The translations under genes and the position numbers were made by a program. The notes under the pieces are model-generated. The model had not been told where the DNA came from. It searched no databases and saw nothing but the letters and a program-made list of their open reading frames with translations. Below, one piece after another: positions 8,108-17,966 of a stretch of 64,000 nt of DNA (the first letter of the stretch is position 1; each line of letters opens with the position of its first letter). Origin of the DNA: Acidimicrobiales bacterium (GTDB lineage: Bacteria; Actinomycetota; Acidimicrobiia; Acidimicrobiales; CAIXPF01); assembly GCA_020846295.1 (NCBI GenBank), contig JADLEF010000371.1:4959-68958 (forward strand). The letters run 5' to 3'.

Positions 8108-9295
8108 TCATGCCAGCGCCGTGTCGGGGATGTCCCAACGGCTGGCCACATCGTGGCGGTGCTCGTCGAGCAGCGGGGCGCGGGACCAGTGCCACCAGCC
8201 CTCCGCACCGGTGAACGGTGCGCCCGGATGGCGGTGGGGGCCCACCACCGGATGGTCGCCCTCCCGCCAGAACCCGGCCGCCTCGAGGTGCGGGTCCACG
8301 GCGAGGTCCGCCACCGTGTTCACCGGCGTGATCGGGATGTTGCGCCGCTGCCCTTCGACGAACAGCTCGTGCTTGGTCAACGGCATGGTCAGCATCTCGG
8401 TGGTGGCGTCGATGAACTCCGAGGCCTCCCATCGCGTGGCGAGGTCCACGAAGGCGGGCTCGAGCACGGCGTCCATGCCGGTGGCCTCGGCCATCCAGGC
8501 GGCGAGGTTGTTCCAGTGGGCCGGCTGCACGATGATGATCGACACGAACCCGTCGGCGCAGGGGTACAGCCCGAAGGGGCGGCTGACGGTGCGGCGGTTC
8601 CCCGAGCGGCTGCGGTGCACCCCGTCGTCGAGGACGAGCGGTACGCCGGCCTCGGGCGACAGCATGGCGTTGGCCTGCTGCATCGACACGTCGACGAGCT
8701 GCCCGCCGCCGGTCGCCTTGCGGGCTCGCAGGGCGACCATGGCCCCGCCGACGGCCACCATGGCGGTCACGTGGGCGGCGAAGTTCAGCTTGGCCAGCGC
8801 CACGGGCGGCCGATCCGGGAAGCCGGTCACGTAGCTCAGGCCGGAAGCCGCCCACGCCACCAGGTCCGAGCCCTGCCAGTTGGCGCGGGGGCCGCGCAGC
8901 CCGAACGGGGTGACGGCGACGAGCACGTTGTCCGGGGTGCGCTCCAGCACCGCCCGGCGCTCGTCGGGGCCCGGTTCGACCAGCACGACGTCGGCCCGGC
9001 GGCGCAGCTCGACGGCCAGCTCGCTGTTCGCCTCGGCGACCACGGAGCGCTTGTTCTGGCCGAACGAGGCCCACCACAGCGAGCCCTCGGGGGCGGTGGT
9101 GCCGGGCGCGAACGGCGGCAGCTGGCGGTAGGGGTGGCCGCCGGGCGGTTCCAGCACGACGACCTCGGCGCCCAGCGCGGCCCACAGGCGCGTGGCGTAG
9201 GCGGTGCACAACCCGCCCTCGTCGACGACGCGAAGGCCGCTCCACGGCTGGGTGGCGGCGCCGTGGCTCGCGCTGTGGCTCGGGGTGGTGCTCAT
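8108..9295 (-). CDS. Family III CoA-transferase (CaiB/BaiF), divergent partner subunit
   Basis: LRVVDEGGLCTAYATRLWAALGAEVVVLEPPGGHP, GQNKRSV and FGLRGPRANWQGSDLVAWAASG are present. The ATG at 9293-9295 overlaps the stop of the upstream CoA-transferase by 4 nt. Confidence 0.85.
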   Translation of the reverse strand: MSTTPSHSASHGAATQPWSGLRVVDEGGLCTAYATRLWAALGAEVVVLEPPGGHPYRQLPPFAPGTTAPEGSLWWASFGQNKRSVVAEANSELAVELRRRADVVLVEPGPDERRAVLERTPDNVLVAVTPFGLRGPRANWQGSDLVAWAASGLSYVTGFPDRPPVALAKLNFAAHVTAMVAVGGAMVALRARKATGGGQLVDVSMQQANAMLSPEAGVPLVLDDGVHRSRSGNRRTVSRPFGLYPCADGFVSIIIVQPAHWNNLAAWMAEATGMDAVLEPAFVDLATRWEASEFIDATTEMLTMPLTKHELFVEGQRRNIPITPVNTVADLAVDPHLEAAGFWREGDHPVVGPHRHPGAPFTGAEGWWHWSRAPLLDEHRHDVASRWDIPDTALA

Positions 9296-10623
9296 CGGGC
9301 GTCCTCCTGGAGGCCGAGGAAGCGCAGGACGTGCTCGTAGGGGCGGTGCAGCTTGAGGTCCGGCGCGGTGGGCAGGAAGGCGGCGCCGGCGTCCACCAGG
9401 TCGCCGATGGCCTCGGCGTCGAGGCCGGCCACCTCGGTCAGCGCGTCGGCGGTGTGCTCGCCCATGCTGGGAGCACCCCGGTCCCATCGGCCGGGCGTGC
9501 CGGCGAGGTGCATGGCGCAGCTGCCGAGCAGGTCCCCGTCGGGGAACCGGAACGAGGGCCGCGCCTGGTACCAGCCGTACTCGGTCAGCTGTAGGTCCGT
9601 CAGCTGCGTCTCAGGGGAGTGCACGGCGTGCGCCGCCACCCCGGCCTCCTGCAGCTCGGCGGCGGCCTGCTCGGGACTGCGGGTCGCCGTCCACGCCCCG
9701 AGCAGCTCGTCGAGGCGGTCGTGGGCGGCGTGACGGCCCGCCATCGTGGCCAGCGACGCATCGGCGGCGAGGGCGCCGCTGCCGTCGAGGACGCCGGCGA
9801 GGGCCCGCCACGCCCCGTCGTCCTGGACGGTCACCGCGACCCAGCGATCCTCTCCGGTGCAGCGGTAGACGCCCTGCGGGGCGTACCAGCCGACCCGGTT
9901 GCCGCTTCGGGTGACGACCTCCCCCGACAGCTGCTGGTCGAGCGCGTACGGGCCGAGCGCGGAGACGGTGATCTCGAACTGAGAGAGGTCCAGCCAGCAG
10001 CCCTCGCCGGTGCGGTCGCGGTGTTCCAGCGCGGTCATGAGCCCGAAGAAGGCGTGCAACCCGGCGAAGTAGTCCGGCGGGGCGAACGCCGCCACCCCGG
10101 CCGGCTCCTGGTCGGGGAAGCCGGTGACCTCGTCCAGCCCGACCAGCGGTGCCTGGTTGGGACCCCACGAGATGAACTCGTAGTAGGGCCGGTCGGGATC
10201 GGAGCCGAAGGCCGGCAGGGCGGCGTAGATGAGCCGGGGGTTCAGCGCCCGCAGCGTGTCGGCGTCGAGCCCGAGATCGGTCACCGCCGGCGTCGAGTAG
10301 TTGGTGAGGAACACGTCGGCGTTGGCGATGAGCGCCTTGGCGGCGGCCAGCGCGGCGGGGGACTTCAGGTTGAGGCCGACGGAACGCTTGTTGGCGTTCA
10401 TCTCCGGCAGGTAGGGGCTGGTGTCGGTGAACACCGCGGCCAGCTCCGGGGTGCGGGCCCACGCCGAGCCGAACAGCCGGGCGACGTCAGGGTGCTGCTG
10501 CGATTCGAGCTTCATCACGTCGGCACCGAAGTAGGCGAGCATGCGCCCGCAGCTCGGTGCGGCGATGGCGATGGACAGTTCGACCACCCGCAGGCCGTCG
10601 AACGGTCGCGACCCAGCATCCAT
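9292..10623 (-). CDS. Family III CoA-transferase (CaiB/BaiF), canonical-type
   Basis: LRVVELSIAIAAPSCGRMLAYFGADVMKLE, NANKRSVGLNLK, VFLTNY and GPNQAPLVG are present. The ATG was verified at 10621-10623. Confidence 0.88.
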   Translation of the reverse strand: MDAGSRPFDGLRVVELSIAIAAPSCGRMLAYFGADVMKLESQQHPDVARLFGSAWARTPELAAVFTDTSPYLPEMNANKRSVGLNLKSPAALAAAKALIANADVFLTNYSTPAVTDLGLDADTLRALNPRLIYAALPAFGSDPDRPYYEFISWGPNQAPLVGLDEVTGFPDQEPAGVAAFAPPDYFAGLHAFFGLMTALEHRDRTGEGCWLDLSQFEITVSALGPYALDQQLSGEVVTRSGNRVGWYAPQGVYRCTGEDRWVAVTVQDDGAWRALAGVLDGSGALAADASLATMAGRHAAHDRLDELLGAWTATRSPEQAAAELQEAGVAAHAVHSPETQLTDLQLTEYGWYQARPSFRFPDGDLLGSCAMHLAGTPGRWDRGAPSMGEHTADALTEVAGLDAEAIGDLVDAGAAFLPTAPDLKLHRPYEHVLRFLGLQEDAR

Positions 10624-10759
10624 CCGGTTCTCCCTGTGTCCCACGTCGGCGCGACCCCTCCGCCTCGGTGGGGTCGAAGTTAGCGTCCGGACCGCGTCCC
10701 GCGCCCGGGCGCGGGACGCGTGCTTGCGGCGCCCGGTGGCGGGCGCGAGGGTTCTCGTC

Positions 10760-11524
10760 GTGTTGCGCCTGGCCATCGATGGAGCCGCCCTGGAGTTCGA
10801 GCGGTACGCCGGCCCGGCGGGACGCGCCCCGTTGGTGTTCCTGCACGAGGGGCTCGGCTCGTTGACGCAGTGGTGGGGGGTGCCCGCAGAGCTGTGCGAG
10901 CGGGCGGGTCGGGCCGGTCTGGCCTACGCCCGTGCAGGCCACGGTCGCTCCCAGCCGCCGGTGCTGCGCCACGGGATCCGGTACATGCACCACGAGGCCG
11001 AGGTGGTGCTGCCGGAGGTGCTGACCCGCTTCGGGTTGTCGGCGCCGGTGCTGGTGGGCCACAGCGATGGGGCGTCGATCGCCCTGCGCAACGCGGTCAC
11101 GGCCGGGGCGGGCGCGGTGCGCGGGTTGGTCCTGGTGGCGCCGCACGTGGTGGTGGAGGACCGCACCGTGGCGGGTATCGCCGCGGCGGGTGACACGTGG
11201 CGGTCGACGCCGCTGGCGGAGCGGCTGGGCCGCCACCACGACGACGCGGCGGCGCTGTTCCGGTTCTGGCACGACACGTGGCTCGACCCGGCGTTCCGGT
11301 CCTGGGACATCCGCGACGGGCTGGAGGGGATCGACGTGCCCATGCTGCTCATCCAGGGCGCGGACGACGAGTACGGCACCATGGCGCAGCTCGACGAGAT
11401 CGCGGCGCGGGTGCGGGGGCCGGTGCAGCGCCTCGAGCTCGAGGCGTGCGGCCACTCGCCGCATCTGGACCAGCGGGAGCGGACCGTCGAGGCGATCGTG
11501 GGGTTCCTCGCCGCCATCGACTGA
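10760..11524 (+). CDS. Alpha/beta hydrolase
   Basis: The oxyanion region PLVFLHEGLGS, the nucleophile elbow GHSDGA and the C-terminal GHSPHL are present. The start is GTG 10760 or TTG 10763 and is uncertain. Confidence 0.8.
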   Translation: MLRLAIDGAALEFERYAGPAGRAPLVFLHEGLGSLTQWWGVPAELCERAGRAGLAYARAGHGRSQPPVLRHGIRYMHHEAEVVLPEVLTRFGLSAPVLVGHSDGASIALRNAVTAGAGAVRGLVLVAPHVVVEDRTVAGIAAAGDTWRSTPLAERLGRHHDDAAALFRFWHDTWLDPAFRSWDIRDGLEGIDVPMLLIQGADDEYGTMAQLDEIAARVRGPVQRLELEACGHSPHLDQRERTVEAIVGFLAAID

Positions 11525-11540
11525 TCGGCGCTTCGCCCGG

Positions 11541-12377
11541 TCAGCTCCCGGCTGCCTCCAGGGACCGCCACCAGGCCAGCGCCCGCTCGGACCACTCGGC
11601 GTGGCGGAGGTGGAAGCACGCGGCGGCCCGCTCGACCGGCCAGTGGTCGGGCAGCAGCTCCGCCGGCAGGTCCGGGTCCTCGCCGGGGAAGCGCCGCCAC
11701 CGGTGCACCAGCGCGCTCAACGCCACGAAGGCGGGCTCACCCGTGGCCGTCGGCTCACCGGTGACCGCGGCGGCTTGTTCGTGGTCGGCGAGGAAGCGGG
11801 CGTAGTCGCGCTCCAACCCGTCGAGCTGCCAGGCCTGTGCGGCGATCTCCTGGGGGTCGCCCAGGGCGCCGAGCGAGCCGGTGAAGGACCGGGCCTCGGC
11901 GGCCAGACCGAGGTCCTCCAGCACCGCCACCACAGCCGGCTGGCGGTCGACCCAGGGCGAGATCCACGCTCCCGGTCCGAACGGCCCGAGCCCGGCCCAG
12001 CCCAGCCGCACCCGCAGCCGGTAGCGCAGCTCGCGCCGGGACTCGGGCAGCGAGCAGAACAGCAGCAGCCAGCGGCCGTCCCACGGTGGGCGATCGAGGC
12101 CGAAGCGGTAGATGCGCTCCGTCCCCTCCTCGAGCAGCCGGCGGGCGCCGGGCGTCAGCGTCCACCGGACGCGGCGGCCGACCTTCTCGGAGGTGAGCAT
12201 CCCGCGGCGTGCGCTGCGGGCCAGCGCCTGGCGGGCGGCCTTCTCCTCCACACCGAGCGCGGCGAGGGCGTCGGTGAAGGTGGAGGTCCACACCGGCCGG
12301 CCCTCGGGCAGCACGAACTCTCCGAGCAGGGTCAGCAGCAGGGCGGACGCGCTCGCCTCGTGCTCGTTGCCGCTCAC
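11541..12377 (-). CDS. paaX: PaaX-family transcriptional regulator
   Basis: ALLLTLLGEFVLPEGRPVWTSTF...LGVEEKAARQALARSARRGML...WDGRWLLL is a PaaX N-terminal wHTH plus C-terminal domain. I prefer the GTG at 12375-12377 because the upstream ATG (12449) would overlap the divergent promoter. Confidence 0.82.
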   Translation of the reverse strand: MSGNEHEASASALLLTLLGEFVLPEGRPVWTSTFTDALAALGVEEKAARQALARSARRGMLTSEKVGRRVRWTLTPGARRLLEEGTERIYRFGLDRPPWDGRWLLLFCSLPESRRELRYRLRVRLGWAGLGPFGPGAWISPWVDRQPAVVAVLEDLGLAAEARSFTGSLGALGDPQEIAAQAWQLDGLERDYARFLADHEQAAAVTGEPTATGEPAFVALSALVHRWRRFPGEDPDLPAELLPDHWPVERAAACFHLRHAEWSERALAWWRSLEAAGS

Positions 12378-12440
12378 GTCGCCATCACGGGGCGCCAGCT
12401 TGCCAGGACGCCGCCGCGAGGAGCAACGTTCCACACTCTC

Positions 12441-12468
12441 TTGACGCATGCAGAGTGCACTGTAGAAT
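12441..12468 (+). promoter_or_regulatory. Sigma-70-type promoter candidate for boxC operon
   Basis: TTGACG (12441-12446), a 16-nt spacer, then TAGAAT (12463-12468), about 80 nt upstream of the boxC start. The spacer contains the 8-bp palindrome AGTGCACT (12454-12461). Confidence 0.5.
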
Positions 12469-12549
12469 GACGGCGGCTCCGGACGGGCGTCTCGGGGGCG
12501 AGCCCGGCCAAGGGGTCGCTGCGCCCACCGGCGAAGGGGTCGAACGCAC

Positions 12550-14232
12550 GTGAGCACTCGAACCGACGTCGCACCGCTCGGCCCGATCGGCTTCGATCGG
12601 GATCCGTCCGGCTACCGCCACTGGTCGCTGGCCGTCGACGGCAACATCGCCACCGTCACCATGCGGGTCGATCCCGACGGCGGGGTGCGCCCCGACTACC
12701 AGCTGCGGCTCAACTCCTACGATCTCGGGGTGGACATCGAACTGCACGATGTGGTGCAGCGGCTGCGGTTCGAGCACCCGGAGGTCCACGCGGTGGTGCT
12801 CACCGGCGGTCTCGACAAGACGTTCTGCGCCGGCGCCAACATCCAGATGCTGGCCGGTGCCACCCACGCCCACAAGGTGAACTTCTGCAAGTTCACCAAC
12901 GAGACCCGCAACAGCATCGAGGATGCCGGCCGCCACTCGGGGCAGGTGTGGCTCGCCGCGGTCAACGGCACGGCCGCCGGCGGCGGGTACGAGCTGGCCC
13001 TCGCCTGCGAGGACATCGTGCTCATCGACGACCGTTCCTCGGCGGTGTCGCTGCCCGAGGTCGCCCTGCTCGCCGTGCTGCCCGGTACGGGCGGGCTGAC
13101 CCGGGTGGTGGACAAGCGCAAGGTCCGTCGGGACCTCGCCGATCTGTTCTCCACCCGGACCGAGGGTGCGCGCGGCCGCCAGGCGCTGCAGTGGGGCCTG
13201 GTGGACGCCATCGCGCCGCGCAGCAGCTTCGATGCCACCGTCGCCGAACGGGCGGCCGCCCTGGCCGCACGATCCGACCGGCCCGCCGGCCCGGCCGACG
13301 CCATCTCGCTGCGGCCGATCGACGTCGTCGACGACGGCCGGACCCGTCGGTACGGTCACGTGACGGTCGCCTACGATCGGGCCGAGCGCAGCGCCGCCAT
13401 CACGGTGTCCGGCCCCGGGCCCGAGCACGCCGGCGACGCGGTCGAACGGCTGCGGGCCGAAGGCGACCGCTACTGGCCGCTGGCCGCGTGCCGCCAGCTC
13501 GACGATGCGCTGCTGCACCTCCGCTTCAACGAACCGGAGCTGGGGACGTGGGTGCTGCGCACCGAGGGCGACCCGGAGGCGGTGCTGGCCGTCGACGCCG
13601 CCCTGGCGGCCGCGGCCGACCACTGGCTGGTGCGCGAGGTCCGGCTGTTCTGGGCCCGCACCCTGCGCCGGCTCGACCTGTCCGCCCGGACGCTGATCAC
13701 GCTCGTGGAGCCGGGCAGCTGCTTCGCCGGCACGCTGGCCGAGCTGGCCTGGGCCGCCGACCGTACCCTGCAGTACGACGATCTGGATGGTGAGCACCCG
13801 CCGGCCACGCTCACCGTCGCCGCCGCCAACGGCGGCTGGTACCCGATGGCCAACGGCCTGACCCGCCTGCAGAGCCGCGTCTGGGGCCACGACGAGCTCG
13901 TCGGCGAGGCGATGGCCTCGTCGGGCGAGCCGCTCGACGCCACCGCCGCGGCGGCGGCCGGCCTGGTCACCGCGGCCGTGGACGACATCGACTGGGACGA
14001 CGAGATCCGCCTGCTGCTCGCCGAGCGGGCCGGCTACTCGCCCGATGCGCTGACCGCCATGGAGGCCAACCTGCGCTTCGTCGGCCCCGAGACGATGGAG
14101 ACCACGCTCTTCGGGCGGCTGCCGGCCTGGCAGAACTGGGTGTTCAGCCGCCCCAACGCCACCGGGCCGGACGGCGCGCTGCTGCGCTACGGCAGCGGGA
14201 CCCGCCCCGCCTACGACCGCACCCGGGCCTGA
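12550..14232 (+). CDS. boxC: Benzoyl-CoA-dihydrodiol lyase (2,3-epoxybenzoyl-CoA dihydrolase)
   Basis: The 560-aa double-crotonase protein carries GGLDKTFCAGANIQML and GGGYELALACEDIVL, and its size and layout are typical of BoxC. It is adjacent to boxB and benzoate-CoA ligase. GTG start. Confidence 0.85.
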   Translation: MSTRTDVAPLGPIGFDRDPSGYRHWSLAVDGNIATVTMRVDPDGGVRPDYQLRLNSYDLGVDIELHDVVQRLRFEHPEVHAVVLTGGLDKTFCAGANIQMLAGATHAHKVNFCKFTNETRNSIEDAGRHSGQVWLAAVNGTAAGGGYELALACEDIVLIDDRSSAVSLPEVALLAVLPGTGGLTRVVDKRKVRRDLADLFSTRTEGARGRQALQWGLVDAIAPRSSFDATVAERAAALAARSDRPAGPADAISLRPIDVVDDGRTRRYGHVTVAYDRAERSAAITVSGPGPEHAGDAVERLRAEGDRYWPLAACRQLDDALLHLRFNEPELGTWVLRTEGDPEAVLAVDAALAAAADHWLVREVRLFWARTLRRLDLSARTLITLVEPGSCFAGTLAELAWAADRTLQYDDLDGEHPPATLTVAAANGGWYPMANGLTRLQSRVWGHDELVGEAMASSGEPLDATAAAAAGLVTAAVDDIDWDDEIRLLLAERAGYSPDALTAMEANLRFVGPETMETTLFGRLPAWQNWVFSRPNATGPDGALLRYGSGTRPAYDRTRA

Positions 14233-14273
14233 CCCGGCCCCGCCCGACCGCCCCGCACCCCAGGAGAGCCGCC

Positions 14274-15683
14274 ATGTCCATCGCCGACTACAGCGACCGC
14301 ATCCCCAACAACGTCGACCTCGCCGGTGACCGCAAGCTCCAGCGCGCCCTGGAGGCCTGGCAGCCGCACTTCCTCGACTGGTGGCAGCAGCAGGGCCCGG
14401 TGGACTTCCAGGAGTCGGAGATCTACCTGCGCACCGCCATCTCGGTGGACCAGGAGGGCTGGGCCCAGTTCGGCCACGTGAAGATGCCGGACTACCGCTG
14501 GGGCATCTTCCTGGCCGACGCCAAGCCCGACCGTACCATCGCGTACGGCGATCACCTCGGTGAGCCCGCCTGGCAGCAGGTGCCGGGGGAGTACCGGGGC
14601 GAGCTGCAGCGCCTCATCGTCGTGCAGGGCGACACCGAGCCGGCGTCGGTGGAGCAGCAGCGGCACCTGTGCCACACCGCGCCGTCGCTGTACGACCTGC
14701 GCAACCTGTTCCAGGTCAACGTCGAGGAGGCCCGCCACCTGTGGGCCATGGTGTACCTGCTGCACGGCTTCTTCGGGCGCGACGGGCGCGAGGAGGCGGA
14801 CGAGCTGCTGCACCGCACCTCCGGCGATCGCGACCACCCTCGCATCCTGGGGGCGTTCAACGAGCGGACGCCCGACTGGCTGTCGTTCTTCTTCTTCACC
14901 TACTTCACCGATCGGGACGGCAAGTACCAGCTCGCCTCGCTGGCCGAGAGCGGCTTCGACCCGCTCGCCCGCACCTGCCAGTTCATGCTGAAGGAGGAGG
15001 CGCACCACATGTTCGTGGGCGCCACCGGGATCGGTCGGGTGGTCCAGCGCACCGTCGAGCTCATGCGCGCCCACGACACCGACGACGTGGCCCCCTACGG
15101 CGGGATCAACCTCGACACGCTGCAGCGCTACCTCAACTTCCACTTCAGCGTGTCGCTCGATCTGTTCGGCGCCGAGACGTCGACCAACGCGGCGAACTAC
15201 TACGCCGCCGGCCTCAAGGGCCGCTTCCAGGAGGAATCGCGTGCCGACGATCATCGCCTGCACGGCGACGAGGTGGCGGTGCCCACCGTGGCCGACGGGC
15301 GCATCACCACCGAGACGGTCACCGCGCTGTCGGCGCTGAACCTGACCCTGCGCGACGACTACGCGGCGGACTGCCAGAAGGGCATCGACCGCTGGAACCG
15401 GATCCTGGCCCCCATCGGGCGCCGGTTGCTGGCGCCCCACATCGGGTTCAACCGCCAGGTCGGCCGCTTCCGGGGCCACCCCGTCACCCCCGACGGTCGG
15501 TTGGTGGACGCGGCCACCTGGGAGGCGCAGCGCGATGCCTGGCTGCCCAACGCGGCGGACCAGGCCCACGTCGCGTCGCTGATGACCGCGGTGCGCGAGC
15601 CGGGCCGGATGGCCAACTGGCTGGCCGCCCCGGCCAACGGGATCAATGGCCGCCCGCTCGACTTCGAGTACGTGCGCGGCTGA
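14274..15683 (+). CDS. boxB: Benzoyl-CoA 2,3-epoxidase (oxygenase) subunit B, di-iron
   Basis: The 469-aa product has ExxH di-iron motifs (VEEARHLWAM, LKEEAHHMFVG) and a BoxB-like N terminus (YSDRIPNNVDL..LQRALE). Confidence 0.88.
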   Translation: MSIADYSDRIPNNVDLAGDRKLQRALEAWQPHFLDWWQQQGPVDFQESEIYLRTAISVDQEGWAQFGHVKMPDYRWGIFLADAKPDRTIAYGDHLGEPAWQQVPGEYRGELQRLIVVQGDTEPASVEQQRHLCHTAPSLYDLRNLFQVNVEEARHLWAMVYLLHGFFGRDGREEADELLHRTSGDRDHPRILGAFNERTPDWLSFFFFTYFTDRDGKYQLASLAESGFDPLARTCQFMLKEEAHHMFVGATGIGRVVQRTVELMRAHDTDDVAPYGGINLDTLQRYLNFHFSVSLDLFGAETSTNAANYYAAGLKGRFQEESRADDHRLHGDEVAVPTVADGRITTETVTALSALNLTLRDDYAADCQKGIDRWNRILAPIGRRLLAPHIGFNRQVGRFRGHPVTPDGRLVDAATWEAQRDAWLPNAADQAHVASLMTAVREPGRMANWLAAPANGINGRPLDFEYVRG

Positions 15684-15813
15684 GCGCGGTGTGGCACCCG
15701 GATCCGGCCTCGCCCTACCCGGCGGTATGGGGGCGGGCCGGGGACGTGGAAGACTGGCGTCGGCGCCGTATGGCGACCGGCCGCATCGGCAACGTGAGCT
15801 CGGGGGAAGATCG

Positions 15814-17376
15814 ATGACGACGAGCGGGAGCACCGCCAACCGGTTCAACATCTCGGCCTGGTTGCTGGACCGCCATCTCGATGCGGGCCATGGCGGGCGG
15901 ACCGCCATCGTCTGCGGCGAGGAGACCCTGCGCTACGTCGACGTGGCCGATCAGGTCAACCGGGCGGCCAACGGGCTGCTGGGGTGCGGGTTGCGGCGCG
16001 AGGAGCGGGTGCTGCTCGTCATGAACGACGAGCCCGCCTTCGTGGCGTTCTTCCTCGCCGCGCTGCGGCTCGGGGCGGTCCCGGTGCCCACCTCCCCCAT
16101 GCTGACCGCCGGCGACGTCGCCGCCATCGCCGCCGACGCGGGTGCTCGGGTGGCGGTGGTCTCCGCCGAGTACGCCGGCCACCTTCCCGCCATCCGCGAG
16201 GCCACCGAGGGTCTGCTGGCCACCGTGGTGGTGGGCGACAGCCCCGCCGCCGCCACCCATCGCTGGAGCGATTTCGATGACGCTGCGCCGGTTCCCGTCG
16301 CGTCCACCACGGAGGAGTCGCCCGGGTTCTGGCTGTACACATCGGGCACGACGGGGATGCCGAAGGGTGCCATGCACCGCCACATCGACCCCAAGGTCAC
16401 CGCCGACACCTACGCCGCGTCGGTGCTGGGCATCGGCCCCGAGGACCGCTGCTGTTCGGTGGCGAAGCTGTTCTTCGCCTACGGCTTGGGCAACTCGCTC
16501 ACCTTCCCGTTCGCGGTGGGCGCCTGCAGCGTGCTCAACCCGGCCAGGCCGACCCCCGCCGGTGTGGCCGAGCTCGTCGCCCGCCACCGGCCGACCCTGT
16601 TCTTCGGTGCCCCCGGGTTCTACGCCGGCCTGCTCGACGCCGCCACGCCGGCCGAGCAGTTCTCCTCGGTGCGCCTCGCCGCATCGGCGGGCGAGGTGCT
16701 GCCGGCTGCGCTCCACGAGCGGGTCGTGGCGCACTTCGGGTTCCCGCTGCTCGACGGCATCGGCTCGACGGAGGCGCTGCACATCTTCCTGTCCAACCGG
16801 GCCGGCGCCGAGCGGGGCGGCACGAGCGGCACCCCGGTGCCCGGCTACGAGTGCAAGCTGTGCGACGAGGCGGGCAACGAGCTGCTCGAGGCGGACGTGC
16901 CGGGGCAGCTGCACATCAAGGGCGGCTCGATCGCCACCGGCTACTGGTGCCGCCGGGAGGCGACCCAGGCGGCGTTCCTGGGGGAGTGGAACCGTACCGG
17001 CGACGTGTACAGCCGCTCCGCCGACGGATACTGGACCTTCCTCGGGCGCAACAACGACATGATGAAGGTCGGCGGGATCTGGGTGTCGCCGGCCGAGGTG
17101 GAGAACGTGCTGCTGCAGCACCCCGACGTGCTCGAGGCCGTGGTCGTCGGGACCCGCACCGCTGACGGGTTGGAGACCGCGGTGGCGTTCCTCGTGCCGC
17201 GGCGCGATCGCCAGGTGGATCCCGACGCCATCGAGGCCCATTGTCGAGCGCGCATGGCGGCGTTCAAACGGCCCCGCCGCATCGTCGTCGTGGACGAGTT
17301 GCCCAAGACGGCGACGGGCAAGGTGCAGCGCTTCGCCCTACGACAGCAGCTGGCGCCCGACGACCCGCCGCGCTGA
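15814..17376 (+). CDS. bclA: Benzoate-CoA ligase (AMP-forming acyl-CoA synthetase)
   Basis: YTSGTTGMPKGAMHRH, GDVYSRSADGYWTFLGRNNDMMKVGGIWVSP and PKTATGKVQRF are present. ATG 15814 is preceded by GGGGGAAGA. Benzoate specificity is inferred from the box context. Confidence 0.85.
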   Translation: MTTSGSTANRFNISAWLLDRHLDAGHGGRTAIVCGEETLRYVDVADQVNRAANGLLGCGLRREERVLLVMNDEPAFVAFFLAALRLGAVPVPTSPMLTAGDVAAIAADAGARVAVVSAEYAGHLPAIREATEGLLATVVVGDSPAAATHRWSDFDDAAPVPVASTTEESPGFWLYTSGTTGMPKGAMHRHIDPKVTADTYAASVLGIGPEDRCCSVAKLFFAYGLGNSLTFPFAVGACSVLNPARPTPAGVAELVARHRPTLFFGAPGFYAGLLDAATPAEQFSSVRLAASAGEVLPAALHERVVAHFGFPLLDGIGSTEALHIFLSNRAGAERGGTSGTPVPGYECKLCDEAGNELLEADVPGQLHIKGGSIATGYWCRREATQAAFLGEWNRTGDVYSRSADGYWTFLGRNNDMMKVGGIWVSPAEVENVLLQHPDVLEAVVVGTRTADGLETAVAFLVPRRDRQVDPDAIEAHCRARMAAFKRPRRIVVVDELPKTATGKVQRFALRQQLAPDDPPR

Positions 17377-17390
17377 GCACGTCCGGCATC

Positions 17391-17418
17391 CCGGCTCCTG
17401 CGAGAGCGCAGGGGCCGG
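17391..17418. terminator. GC-rich hairpin between convergent bclA and cspA (bidirectional terminator candidate)
   Basis: CCGGCTCCTGCG-agag-CGCAGGGGCCGG has 12-bp arms with one G-U position. A second hairpin GGACACC...GGTGTCC follows. There is no U-tract. Confidence 0.45.
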
Positions 17419-17450
17419 GACACCGGCGTGGAGATGGGTGTCCGGTCCGC

Positions 17451-17651
17451 TCAGCGCGGAACGACGTTGAGCGCCTCGGGGCCTTTGCGGCCCGGGCCGA
17501 TCTCGAACTCGACCTGCTGGCCCTCGGTGAGGGAGCGGTACCCGGAGCCGGTGATGTTCGAGTAGTGCACGAACACGTCATCGCCGTCGTCACGGGAGAT
17601 GAAGCCGTAGCCCTTCTCGTTGTTGAAGAACTTGACGGTGCCGATTGCCAT
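17451..17651 (-). CDS. cspA: Cold-shock protein (CspA family)
   Basis: [33 protein letters not shown] carries the RNP1/RNP2 motifs. The product is 66 aa, and an AGGAAAGG RBS lies upstream on the minus strand. Confidence 0.95.
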   Translation of the reverse strand: MAIGTVKFFNNEKGYGFISRDDGDDVFVHYSNITGSGYRSLTEGQQVEFEIGPGRKGPEALNVVPR

Positions 17652-17966
17652 TGCGCTGCTTGCCTTTCCTACGCAGACGGGGGAATTGATCGAGAGGACC
17701 GCGGCACCCGGTGCTCGGGCCTCACTACTCGGGGCCGCCGGAGCGGCAACTTCCAACAACGCACTGCCCGAGGAGCGGAACTTCACCACTGCTGACGAAG
17801 ACGGGCGCCCGGTCTGGCTGGCTGGTCACCCGCATTGCGTAGGTCAGGACACGACGTCCGACGCCACACAGACTAGTGGAATTCGACGCTGATCGGTCAA
17901 CGGGTGAAAGCTTCCAGGACGGCGTCGGTGAGGACCGAGGCGCCGGTTTCACAAGGGGGAAGCACC

